Assembly: GCA_017540355.1 (NCBI GenBank)
Contig: JAFYBE010000091.1
Span: 274 to 64,273 of the forward strand
Direction of reading: 5' to 3'
Source: Lachnospiraceae bacterium
Lineage (GTDB): Bacteria; Bacillota; Clostridia; Lachnospirales; Lachnospiraceae
Length of the DNA stretch: 64,000 bases
Below the pieces are notes generated by a model. It searched no databases. It was not told the origin of the DNA and saw only the letters and a list, made by a program, of their open reading frames with translations. This document shows positions 20,093-28,724 of this stretch, one piece after another. Both the position numbers and the translations under genes were made by a program. How positions within the stretch are numbered: position 1 is the first letter of the stretch; each line of letters starts with the position of its first letter.

Positions 20093-21055
20093 GTGATGAA
20101 CGGATTTCTTAAGAAGATACATGATATAGGAATAATACCCGTGATAGCCATAGAGGATGCTTCTAAGGCTGTACCTTTGGCAAAGGCTCTGGTTGCCGGC
20201 GGACTTCCTGCGGCTGAGATAACATTCAGAACAGAAGCTGCGGAAGATGCCATAAAAGCCATAGTAAGGGAAGTGCCTGAGATGCTTGTCGGTGCGGGAA
20301 CGGTCCTTACGAAGGAACAGGCAGACAGAGCGATTGAAGCGGGTGTAAGTTTTATCGTAAGTCCCGGATTCAATCCGGAGATAACAAAATATGTATTGGA
20401 CAAAGGCGTTTGTATGCTGCCCGGAACAGCCACAGCCGGCGAGATGGAGCAGGCAATGGCCCTGGGTCTTGAGGCCGTGAAGTTTTTCCCTGCAGAGCCA
20501 AACGGCGGTCTTTCGATGCTTAAGGCGCTTGCCGGACCGTATAAGAATCTTTACTGGATGCCGACAGGCGGAATAAATACATCAAATGTTGCGGACTATC
20601 TTTCTTTTGACAGAGTGCTTGCCTGCGGCGGAACATGGATGGTAAAAAAAGAACTTATCGAAGGTGAATGCTATGACGAGATTACGGCCATATGTAAGGC
20701 TGCGGTAAAGAAGATGCTGGGATTTGAGCTTCGTCACATAGGTATCAACACAGAGAATCTTGAAGAAGCGGAAAAACTGGCCAAAACCGTTGCGGCAATA
20801 TTCGATATGGAATGCAGACAGACCGATAAAGCCATATTTGTGGGAGAGGCTTTGGAGGTTATGAACTATAAAGCAAGAGGAACACATGGTCATATAGCAA
20901 TCGCCGTAACGAATGTGGACAGGGCGATATATCACCTTGAAAAGAAGGGAATAACCTTTGATGAGAAGTCAAGAATGACGGATGAAAGGGGAACGAAGTT
21001 CATATACATTGACGGTGAGTTCGGAGGATTCCCAATACATCTGACCAGAAAGTAA
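20093..21055 (+). CDS. eda: KDPG/KHG aldolase with about 110-aa C-terminal extension
   Basis: AEITFRT, VGAGTVL, FIVSPG, KFFPA, MPTGGIN motifs. Confidence 0.92.
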   Translation: MMNGFLKKIHDIGIIPVIAIEDASKAVPLAKALVAGGLPAAEITFRTEAAEDAIKAIVREVPEMLVGAGTVLTKEQADRAIEAGVSFIVSPGFNPEITKYVLDKGVCMLPGTATAGEMEQAMALGLEAVKFFPAEPNGGLSMLKALAGPYKNLYWMPTGGINTSNVADYLSFDRVLACGGTWMVKKELIEGECYDEITAICKAAVKKMLGFELRHIGINTENLEEAEKLAKTVAAIFDMECRQTDKAIFVGEALEVMNYKARGTHGHIAIAVTNVDRAIYHLEKKGITFDEKSRMTDERGTKFIYIDGEFGGFPIHLTRK

Positions 21056-21084
21056 GACTGATATTTTATTGAGAGGAAGAATTA

Positions 21085-22107
21085 ATGAGCAGAGTAGTAA
21101 CTTTCGGAGAGATAATGTTAAGGCTTGCGCCTAACGGATATTACAGATTTTTCCAGGACGATCAGCTTCAAGCCACTTTTGGTGGCGGTGAGGCAAATGT
21201 TGCCGTGTCTTTGGCCAATTTCGGAATTGATTCGGTATATGTTACAAAGCTTCCGGATCATGCAATAGGACAGGGAGCCGTTGACAGTTTAAGAAGATTC
21301 GGTGTGGACACTTCGCATATAGTCAGAGGTGGAGACAGAATCGGAATTTATTATCTTGAAAAGGGTGCATCGCAGAGAGGAAGCGTATGCATATATGACA
21401 GGGCACATTCTGCCATACAGGAGGCGTCCGCCGGGGACTTTGACTGGGATGAGATATTTGCAGGAGCAGACTGGTTTCATTTTACGGGAATCACTCCGGC
21501 GCTTGGCGACAATCTTGTGAACATATGTCTTGAAGCCTGCAAAGCTGCCAAAGCAAAAGGAATAAAGATAAGCTGCGACCTTAATTACAGAGGTAAGCTC
21601 TGGACCAGAGAACAGGCAAGGGAAGCGATGACAAAGCTCTGCGAATATGTTGATGTATGCATATCCAACGAAGAAGATGCAAAGGATGTGTTCGGTATTG
21701 AAGCCGCGGGCAGTGATATAACAGGCGGCAGACTTAATACGGAGGGATATAAGTCGGTTGCAAAGCAGCTTGCGGACAGATTCGGATTTGAAAAAGTGGC
21801 CATAACTTTGCGAACCTCCATTTCGGCCAATGACAATGACTGGCAGGGAATGCTCTATGACGGAGAGAACTGTTGCTTTTCAAAGCAGTATCATCTTCAC
21901 ATTGTTGACAGAGTAGGCGGCGGAGACAGTTTCGGAGGCGGACTGATATATGCGCTGCTTAATAACTATACATCACAGGACGCCATAGAGTTTGCGGTTG
22001 CCGCATCGGCACTTAAGCATTCGATAGAGGGAGATTTTAACAGGGTGAGCGTGGCGGAAGTTGCAAAGCTTGCCGGCGGTGATGCTTCGGGAAGGGTGCA
22101 GCGTTAA
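21085..22107 (+). CDS. kdgK: 2-keto-3-deoxygluconate kinase (PfkB family)
   Basis: FGEIMLRL, GGGEANVA, DLNYRGKLW, DRVGGGDSF; between eda and uxaC. Confidence 0.9.
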   Translation: MSRVVTFGEIMLRLAPNGYYRFFQDDQLQATFGGGEANVAVSLANFGIDSVYVTKLPDHAIGQGAVDSLRRFGVDTSHIVRGGDRIGIYYLEKGASQRGSVCIYDRAHSAIQEASAGDFDWDEIFAGADWFHFTGITPALGDNLVNICLEACKAAKAKGIKISCDLNYRGKLWTREQAREAMTKLCEYVDVCISNEEDAKDVFGIEAAGSDITGGRLNTEGYKSVAKQLADRFGFEKVAITLRTSISANDNDWQGMLYDGENCCFSKQYHLHIVDRVGGGDSFGGGLIYALLNNYTSQDAIEFAVAASALKHSIEGDFNRVSVAEVAKLAGGDASGRVQR

Positions 22108-22108
22108 T

Positions 22109-23545
22109 ATGAGAGCATTTATGGATGATGATTTTTTGTTATACAGTGAGACGGCAAAGCATCTTTATAATGACTATGCTAAAGACCTTCCGATAATCGA
22201 TTATCATTGTCATCTTTCTCCAAAGGAGATATATGAGGACTTAAGATTTGATAATCTAACGCAGGTATGGTTAGGCGGTAAGCAGTCTGGCGGAACTTAT
22301 GCCGGAGATCACTATAAGTGGAGACTCATGCGTGCCAACGGAATTCCTGAAGATAAGGTGACCGGAGGGGCGGATGAGTATGAGCGCTTTGTGAGTTTTG
22401 TCGATACACTTAACATGGCCGTGGGCAATCCCATGTATCATTGGTGTCATCTGGAACTTAAGAGATATTTCGGCATAGATAAACCTTTAAACCGCTCGAA
22501 TATGAAGGAAGTATGGGATAAGTGCAATGACATGCTGCATAACGATCCCGGTATGACCGTGAGAGGACTGATCAAGAAGAGCAATGTTGAATTTATCGGA
22601 ACAACGGACGATCCGACGGATTCTTTGGAGTGGCATGAAAAGATTGCAAAAGATGAATCTGTCACTTTTACGGTAAGACCTTCGTTCAGACCCGATAAGG
22701 CCGTCAATATTCATAAGCCGGGATTTGCGGAGTATATATATAAGCTTGCGGCGGCGGCAGATAAGGATCATATCGATACGATAAAGGATGTCATTGATGC
22801 ACTTATAAAAAGACTTGATTATTTTGTTGCCCACGGATGCGTGGCTTCGGATCACGGTCTTGATTATGTGCCATATAATAAGCTTGATGACCGGGCGCTT
22901 AATGCGGCGTTCAAAAAGGCCATGCGAGGTGAGAGTCTTACTGCGGAAGAAATCGAAGGCTATGAGACGGCGGTTCTTACGGAACTTGCAAAGGCGTATC
23001 ATAAGCGCGGTATTGTTATGGAGATTCATTATTCGTGTCTGCGCAATTCCAACGAAAGAATGCTTAAGACATTGGGTCCCGATACGGGATATGATGTTAT
23101 TGCACAGAATAACTGCGGAAGCGCACTTGCGGCTTTTTTATCGAATCTGGATGCAACGGATGAACTTCCGAAGACCGTGATATTCTCGCTTGATCCGACG
23201 GATAATGTATTGATCGATACCATAATCGGCAGTTTCCAGTCGCCTGAGATTCCGGGCAAGCTTCAGCACGGTCCGGCGTGGTGGTTTAATGATACAAAGC
23301 TTGGAATGGAAGCACAGATGAAGTCTTTGGCCGAGCAGAGTCTGCTTGGGAATTTCATCGGTATGCTGACCGATTCAAGATCTTTCCTTTCGTATACCAG
23401 ACACGAATATTTCAGACGTATACTTTGTAACCTGATCGGAACATGGGTGGAGAACGGGGAATACCCCAATGATGATAAGGCCCTTAAGCAAATTGTTGAG
23501 GGGATATCCTATCGTAATGCCGTAAGGTATTTCGGAATCGGATAA
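22109..23545 (+). CDS. uxaC: Glucuronate isomerase
   Basis: PIIDYHCHL, DHYKWRLMR, TTDDP, WWFND, GMLTDSRSFLSYTRHEYFRRILC. Confidence 0.96.
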   Translation: MRAFMDDDFLLYSETAKHLYNDYAKDLPIIDYHCHLSPKEIYEDLRFDNLTQVWLGGKQSGGTYAGDHYKWRLMRANGIPEDKVTGGADEYERFVSFVDTLNMAVGNPMYHWCHLELKRYFGIDKPLNRSNMKEVWDKCNDMLHNDPGMTVRGLIKKSNVEFIGTTDDPTDSLEWHEKIAKDESVTFTVRPSFRPDKAVNIHKPGFAEYIYKLAAAADKDHIDTIKDVIDALIKRLDYFVAHGCVASDHGLDYVPYNKLDDRALNAAFKKAMRGESLTAEEIEGYETAVLTELAKAYHKRGIVMEIHYSCLRNSNERMLKTLGPDTGYDVIAQNNCGSALAAFLSNLDATDELPKTVIFSLDPTDNVLIDTIIGSFQSPEIPGKLQHGPAWWFNDTKLGMEAQMKSLAEQSLLGNFIGMLTDSRSFLSYTRHEYFRRILCNLIGTWVENGEYPNDDKALKQIVEGISYRNAVRYFGIG

Positions 23546-23584
23546 TGACGCATAAGTATATTTACAAAGAATGAAAAGTGAATT

Positions 23585-23622
23585 GCGGAACGTACTGTTT
23601 GCGGTACGTTCCGCGCTTTTTT
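23585..23622 (+). terminator. Intrinsic terminator after uxaC
   Basis: GCGGAACGTAC / GTACGTTCCGC stem followed by a T run. Confidence 0.85.
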
Positions 23623-23661
23623 ATTTCTGCCGAAATATGAGGAAGAAATCTGATACGGAAC

Positions 23662-23690
23662 TTGTGAAAAAGCAAAAAAAATAGTAAAAT
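23662..23690 (+). promoter_or_regulatory. SigA-type promoter for hisS
   Basis: TTGTGA-17 nt-TAAAAT. Confidence 0.5.
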
Positions 23691-23730
23691 ATATAGGATT
23701 ATGTGAATCAATAATGAGGAGATATAAAGA

Positions 23731-24996
23731 ATGGCATTAAGCAAGAAACCGGTTACCGGAATGAAGGATATCTTACCGCAGGAGATGCGGATAAGAGACT
23801 ATGTGATAAGGGTCATCGAAGAGACATATGCAAGCTTCGGTTTCACACATATTGAGACACCCTGTGTAGAGCATATAGAGAATCTTAACTGTAAGGCCGG
23901 AGGAGAAAATGAGAAGCTCATCTTCCGTATCATGAAAAGAGGAGAAAAGCTCAGAATCGACAGCGAATCTACTGAAGAAAGTCTTACCGATTCCGGTTTA
24001 AGATACGATCTTACGGTTCCGCTTGTACGTTTTTATTCACAGAACAATGCGGAGCTTCCCAATCCTTTCAAAGCACTTCAGATCGGCCCCGTATGGAGAG
24101 CCGACAGACCTCAGAGAGGCAGATACAGACAGTTCTATCAGTGCGATATAGACATACTCGGAGAAGCCTCCAATCTTGCGGAGATAGAACTCATTACGGC
24201 TACTACGACAACGCTTGGAAAGCTGGGCTTTGAGGATTTCAAGATAAGAATCAATGACAGAAGAATCCTTAAGGCAATGGCGGCATATGCAGGATTTGCG
24301 GAAGAGTCCTATGATGATGTGTTCATCATGCTTGATAAGATGGACAAGATAGGTGCGGAAGGTGTGCTTGAGGAACTTATCAAGGCCGGATACGGAGAAG
24401 ATAAGGCGAATAAGTATCTTGATCTTTTCATGGGTGCAACCGAGGGCGGTACAGACGGCCTTAAGTATGTTGCGGAGCACATAAAGGATTACCTTGATGA
24501 AGAAGTAAGCACGGGCCTTAATGAGATAATAGAAAGTGTCAATGCGGGTAAGAGCTGCAATTTTGAGATAGAGTTTGATCCGACTCTGGTAAGGGGGATG
24601 AGTTATTATACCGGTCCCATTTTTGAAGTGGCGATGCCACAGTTCGGCGGAAGCTGCGGCGGCGGCGGAAGATATGATGAAATGGTCGGAAAGTTTACGG
24701 GACAGAACGTTCCTGCATGCGGATTTTCGATCGGATTTGAGAGAATAGTTCTTCTTCTGCTTGAGAACGGATATCAGATACCTGATGAACAGGAGAAATA
24801 TGCATTCTTAATTGAGAAGGGCATCGATTCCGCACGACTTAACGAAGTGATGAAAGAAGCTGCAGCGCTCCGTAAGCAGGGCAAGCAGGTCCTGGTATCA
24901 CGTATGAACAAGAACAAGAAGTTCCAGCAGGAGCAGCTTAAGGAACAGGGATATACGGAATTTAAGAACTTCTACAGAGAGGAACTTAAGCACTGA
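23731..24996 (+). CDS. hisS: Histidine--tRNA ligase
   Basis: GMKD, LRYDLTVP, WRADRPQRGRYRQFYQCD, LVRGMSYYTG, GGGGRYD, GFSIGFER. Confidence 0.96.
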   Translation: MALSKKPVTGMKDILPQEMRIRDYVIRVIEETYASFGFTHIETPCVEHIENLNCKAGGENEKLIFRIMKRGEKLRIDSESTEESLTDSGLRYDLTVPLVRFYSQNNAELPNPFKALQIGPVWRADRPQRGRYRQFYQCDIDILGEASNLAEIELITATTTTLGKLGFEDFKIRINDRRILKAMAAYAGFAEESYDDVFIMLDKMDKIGAEGVLEELIKAGYGEDKANKYLDLFMGATEGGTDGLKYVAEHIKDYLDEEVSTGLNEIIESVNAGKSCNFEIEFDPTLVRGMSYYTGPIFEVAMPQFGGSCGGGGRYDEMVGKFTGQNVPACGFSIGFERIVLLLLENGYQIPDEQEKYAFLIEKGIDSARLNEVMKEAAALRKQGKQVLVSRMNKNKKFQQEQLKEQGYTEFKNFYREELKH

Positions 24997-25397
24997 TGAG
25001 TGTATCTGACAGACGCGGTGAGAAGGCCGCACACAGGAAAAGAAGCGCACGCGCCGGACGTAATGCCGAGATGGACTGTAAGGAGTTTATCAGACTGATA
25101 CCCAACTGGCTTGACGGTAAGCTTGACGGTAAGCGCGGAGCGAAATTCTTAGACCATATGAACACTTGTAAGGATTGCAGAGAGGAACTGCACATACAGT
25201 TTCTGGTACGTGAGGGTACGGCAAGACTTGAGAGCGGCGGAAGCTTTAACCTTGACAAGGAACTGTCCGAAAAGGTGACGGCGTACAAGAAGAAGCTTAA
25301 GAGAAAGCATACCGAGAATGTAATCATATACTGGATGGAAGCCATAGCGGGAGCCGCCATTATATTCATTCTCATTCTGGTATTCATACTGATGTGA
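24996..25397 (+). CDS. zf-HC2 (anti-sigma-like) small membrane protein
   Basis: MDC...WLDGKL...HMNTCKDC (HxxxCxxC) and a C-terminal TM. The true start may be the internal MDC. Confidence 0.75.
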   Translation: MSVSDRRGEKAAHRKRSARAGRNAEMDCKEFIRLIPNWLDGKLDGKRGAKFLDHMNTCKDCREELHIQFLVREGTARLESGGSFNLDKELSEKVTAYKKKLKRKHTENVIIYWMEAIAGAAIIFILILVFILM

Positions 25398-25453
25398 TTT
25401 CGGTATGGATCATACATGATCGATAAGATGTATTAGATCGGAGATACAGACCA

Positions 25454-28114
25454 ATGTCCAAACTGATGCTTATAGACGGACACAGCATAGTGAACAGGGC
25501 CTTCTACGGCGTTCCGGAGTTATCAAATGCTTCGGGGCTTCATGTTAATGCCATCTACGGTTTTCTTAACATACTTTTTAAACTTTTGGATGATGAGTCT
25601 CCGGATTATCTTTGCGTCGCATTCGACATGAGTGCACCCACATTCAGACATGAGAGATATCCCGAATACAAAGGTACGCGTAAGCCTATGCCGGAAGAAC
25701 TCCGTGAGCAGATTCCGGTACTTAAGGATGTGCTTAGGGCGATGGATATAACCATCGTTGAGCATGCCGGCTGGGAGGCCGACGATATCTTAGGGTCGCT
25801 TGCGGTTAAGGCCGAGAGCGAGGGTATGGAAGTAAGCCTGGTATCCGGTGACAGGGATTTGCTGCAGATTGCTACGGATGCAATCAAGATTGTTTTGCCG
25901 AAGACCAAAGCCGGCAAGACGGAGTATGAGATATATCATACGCAGGATGTTATCGATAAGTATCAGGTATCACCTGCGGGCATAATAGAATTAAAGGCTC
26001 TTATGGGTGATTCGTCCGACAATATTCCGGGCGTTCCCAAGGTCGGCGAGAAGACAGCCACTTCGCTTTTGGTTGAATACAAGACCGTGGCGAATGTATA
26101 TGACAATCTTGACAAGATTACCAAGAAGGGTCTGCATGACACATTGGAGGCCAACAGAGACAAGGCGGAACTCAGCCGCTGGCTTGCAACGATCAAGACG
26201 GATTGTGACACGGGTGTCACATGGGATGAGATAGCACTTAAGAATATATATACGGACAAAGCTTACGAGTCGCTTAAGACCCTGGGCCTTAAGAAGATAC
26301 TTGACCGCTTCGAGGGCAAAAATGTCACGTCTGATTCCGGTATAAAGGCGGAAGAATTTGTAACAATAGACGACCGCAATGAATGCGGTAAGCTTTTTGA
26401 TTCCGTTAAGGGCAATGTGGTCTTTGTCATACATAAGCCTGAGATGAATAAGAATACGCGTGAAGAATCCGACGGTCAGATGGGCTTTGATCTTGAAGCC
26501 ATGACGGCGGGTGCTGATAACGGATCGGGTGACCGTGACGTGAAGGAATTCGGTTCGATGTCAGTGACTTATGACGGCGGCACATATGTGATTAAGCCGG
26601 GTGACAGCCTTAAGCACGGTTTTGTCATTGAATGCCTGAACTCGCTTATTGTAAGGGATGATGTCAGTCCCGTCACATATGATGTTAAGGCGGTGTATGA
26701 ATATATCTGCGATGCCGATAAGACAGTCGGACTTGATGATAACGGGCATCTTTTTCCGCATATCGACGATATGATGCTGATATCTTATCTTCTTAATCCG
26801 ATTAAGGCCAGGGAATATGACGATAAGCCGGGATTTGTGTCGCATGAGATATTCAACGACTATGAAGTTTCTGTTAAGGCACTTAAAGATGCCGGAATGG
26901 ATAAGCTTTATGAAGATATAGAACTGCCGCTTTCTTACGTTCTCTATACCTGTCAGAAGGCAGGAATTATCGCGGATAAGAATAAGCTTATCGAATACGG
27001 CAATTCTTTGGAGGGCCGTATAGACGAACTTGAAAGGAGCATCTGTGACCAGGCGGGTGAGAAGTTTAACATCAATTCACCTAAGCAGCTTGGTGAGATA
27101 CTTTTTAACAAGATGGGAATTCAGGGCGGTAAGAAGACCAAGAACGGTTACTCGACGGCAGCTGATGTGCTTGAGAAACTTGCACCCGAATATCCGATAG
27201 TCAATGACATACTCGAATACAGAGGACTGACCAAGTTAAAGAGTACCTATGCGGACGGACTGCAGGAATGCATTGCTAAAGACGGCAGAATCCATACAAC
27301 ATTTAACCAGACTATAACCGCGACCGGAAGGATAAGCTCGACGGATCCAAACTTACAGAACATTCCGATAAGGACCGAGCTCGGTCGAAAGATACGTAAG
27401 TGTTTTGTTCCGAAGTCGGGATATGTATTCATAGATGCCGACTATTCGCAGATAGAATTAAGACTGCTTGCACATATGTCGCAGGATAAGGGCCTTATTG
27501 AAGCTTACGGAATGGATGCGGACATCCATAAGATTACGGCAAGCAAGGTGTTCCATATTCCTTTTGACGAGGTAACACCCGAGAAAAGGCGAGATGCCAA
27601 GGCCGTGAATTTCGGACTTGTATACGGCATAAGTTCTTTCGGGCTAAGTCAGGATCTTGGAATATCCCGTAAAGAAGCGGCTCAGTACATAGATGAGTAT
27701 TTCATCACATATCCGGGTGTCAAAACATTCCTTGACAGGCAGGTAAGCGATGCCAAGGAGAACGGATACGTAACTACGATGTACGCAAGAAGAAGACCCG
27801 TTCCGGAACTGAAAAACAGCAATTACATGATGAGACAGTTCGGTGAAAGAGTGGCCATGAACAGCCCCATACAGGGTACTGCGGCGGATATCATGAAGAT
27901 AGCCATGATAAAGGTCTATAAGGCGCTTAAAGCAGAACTGCCGGATGCAGCTATACTGATTCAGGTTCATGATGAACTGCTTTTGGAAGTTAAGAGTGAA
28001 GAGGCGGAAAAGGCCGCAATGATACTTAAACGTGAGATGGAGAATGCGGCAGAACTTGACGTAAAACTTGAGGTGGATGTTCATTCCGGAAGCGACTGGT
28101 ATGAAGCCAAGTAG
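25454..28114 (+). CDS. polA: DNA polymerase I
   Basis: 5'-3' exonuclease (LIDG..RAFY, EADD, SGDRD, GDSSDNIPGV); motifs A DYSQIELR, B RRDAKAVNFGLVYG and C QVHDEL. Confidence 0.98.
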   Translation: MSKLMLIDGHSIVNRAFYGVPELSNASGLHVNAIYGFLNILFKLLDDESPDYLCVAFDMSAPTFRHERYPEYKGTRKPMPEELREQIPVLKDVLRAMDITIVEHAGWEADDILGSLAVKAESEGMEVSLVSGDRDLLQIATDAIKIVLPKTKAGKTEYEIYHTQDVIDKYQVSPAGIIELKALMGDSSDNIPGVPKVGEKTATSLLVEYKTVANVYDNLDKITKKGLHDTLEANRDKAELSRWLATIKTDCDTGVTWDEIALKNIYTDKAYESLKTLGLKKILDRFEGKNVTSDSGIKAEEFVTIDDRNECGKLFDSVKGNVVFVIHKPEMNKNTREESDGQMGFDLEAMTAGADNGSGDRDVKEFGSMSVTYDGGTYVIKPGDSLKHGFVIECLNSLIVRDDVSPVTYDVKAVYEYICDADKTVGLDDNGHLFPHIDDMMLISYLLNPIKAREYDDKPGFVSHEIFNDYEVSVKALKDAGMDKLYEDIELPLSYVLYTCQKAGIIADKNKLIEYGNSLEGRIDELERSICDQAGEKFNINSPKQLGEILFNKMGIQGGKKTKNGYSTAADVLEKLAPEYPIVNDILEYRGLTKLKSTYADGLQECIAKDGRIHTTFNQTITATGRISSTDPNLQNIPIRTELGRKIRKCFVPKSGYVFIDADYSQIELRLLAHMSQDKGLIEAYGMDADIHKITASKVFHIPFDEVTPEKRRDAKAVNFGLVYGISSFGLSQDLGISRKEAAQYIDEYFITYPGVKTFLDRQVSDAKENGYVTTMYARRRPVPELKNSNYMMRQFGERVAMNSPIQGTAADIMKIAMIKVYKALKAELPDAAILIQVHDELLLEVKSEEAEKAAMILKREMENAAELDVKLEVDVHSGSDWYEAK

Positions 28115-28121
28115 GTGTCAT

Positions 28122-28724
28122 ATGAAGATCATAGGCATAACCGGCGGAGTGGGAGCCGGGAAAAGCAGTGTTTTGGATTATATAGAGGCAAATTATGATT
28201 GCGAGATAGTAACGGCCGATGATATCGCCAATGAGATCAAGGAGCCGGGAGAAGAATGCTATGAAGCGATAGTTAAGCTGCTTGGAAAGAACGTGCTTGA
28301 TGATAACGGATACATCAACAAAAAGAAGATGGCAGATGCCATATATGCGGATGAGAAGTTAAGGGATGAAGTCAATGCGATAATACATCCCGCCGTGATA
28401 GCCCGTATAAAGGAGAAGGGAGACGCGGCCAGAAGAAACGGCAGGCCCGAGTTCTTTTTCATTGAAGCGGCACTCCTTATAGAATGCGGATTCAATGATT
28501 ATGTTGATGAGATGTGGTACATATATGCTGACACGAATGTCAGAAGAGAAAGACTTAAGAACTCACGCGGGTACAGCGATGAGAAGATTGACGGCATAAT
28601 GGCCAGTCAGTTAAGTGATGAGGAATTCAGAAAAAACAGTGATGCGGTGATAGATAACAGCGGCGACATGAATGTAACCGCGTATCAGATAGATGCAAGG
28701 CTTGGAGGTAGAGATGGCAGATAG
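28122..28724 (+). CDS. coaE: Dephospho-CoA kinase
   Basis: IIGITGGVGAGKS, IIHPAV, IEAALL, VIDN; follows polA. Confidence 0.95.
   Translation: MKIIGITGGVGAGKSSVLDYIEANYDCEIVTADDIANEIKEPGEECYEAIVKLLGKNVLDDNGYINKKKMADAIYADEKLRDEVNAIIHPAVIARIKEKGDAARRNGRPEFFFIEAALLIECGFNDYVDEMWYIYADTNVRRERLKNSRGYSDEKIDGIMASQLSDEEFRKNSDAVIDNSGDMNVTAYQIDARLGGRDGR

Noticed and set aside
23545-23731. T-box leader for hisS
   Set aside because: No AAGGTGGxACC-like T-box motif, and the predicted promoter leaves only ~35 nt of leader.
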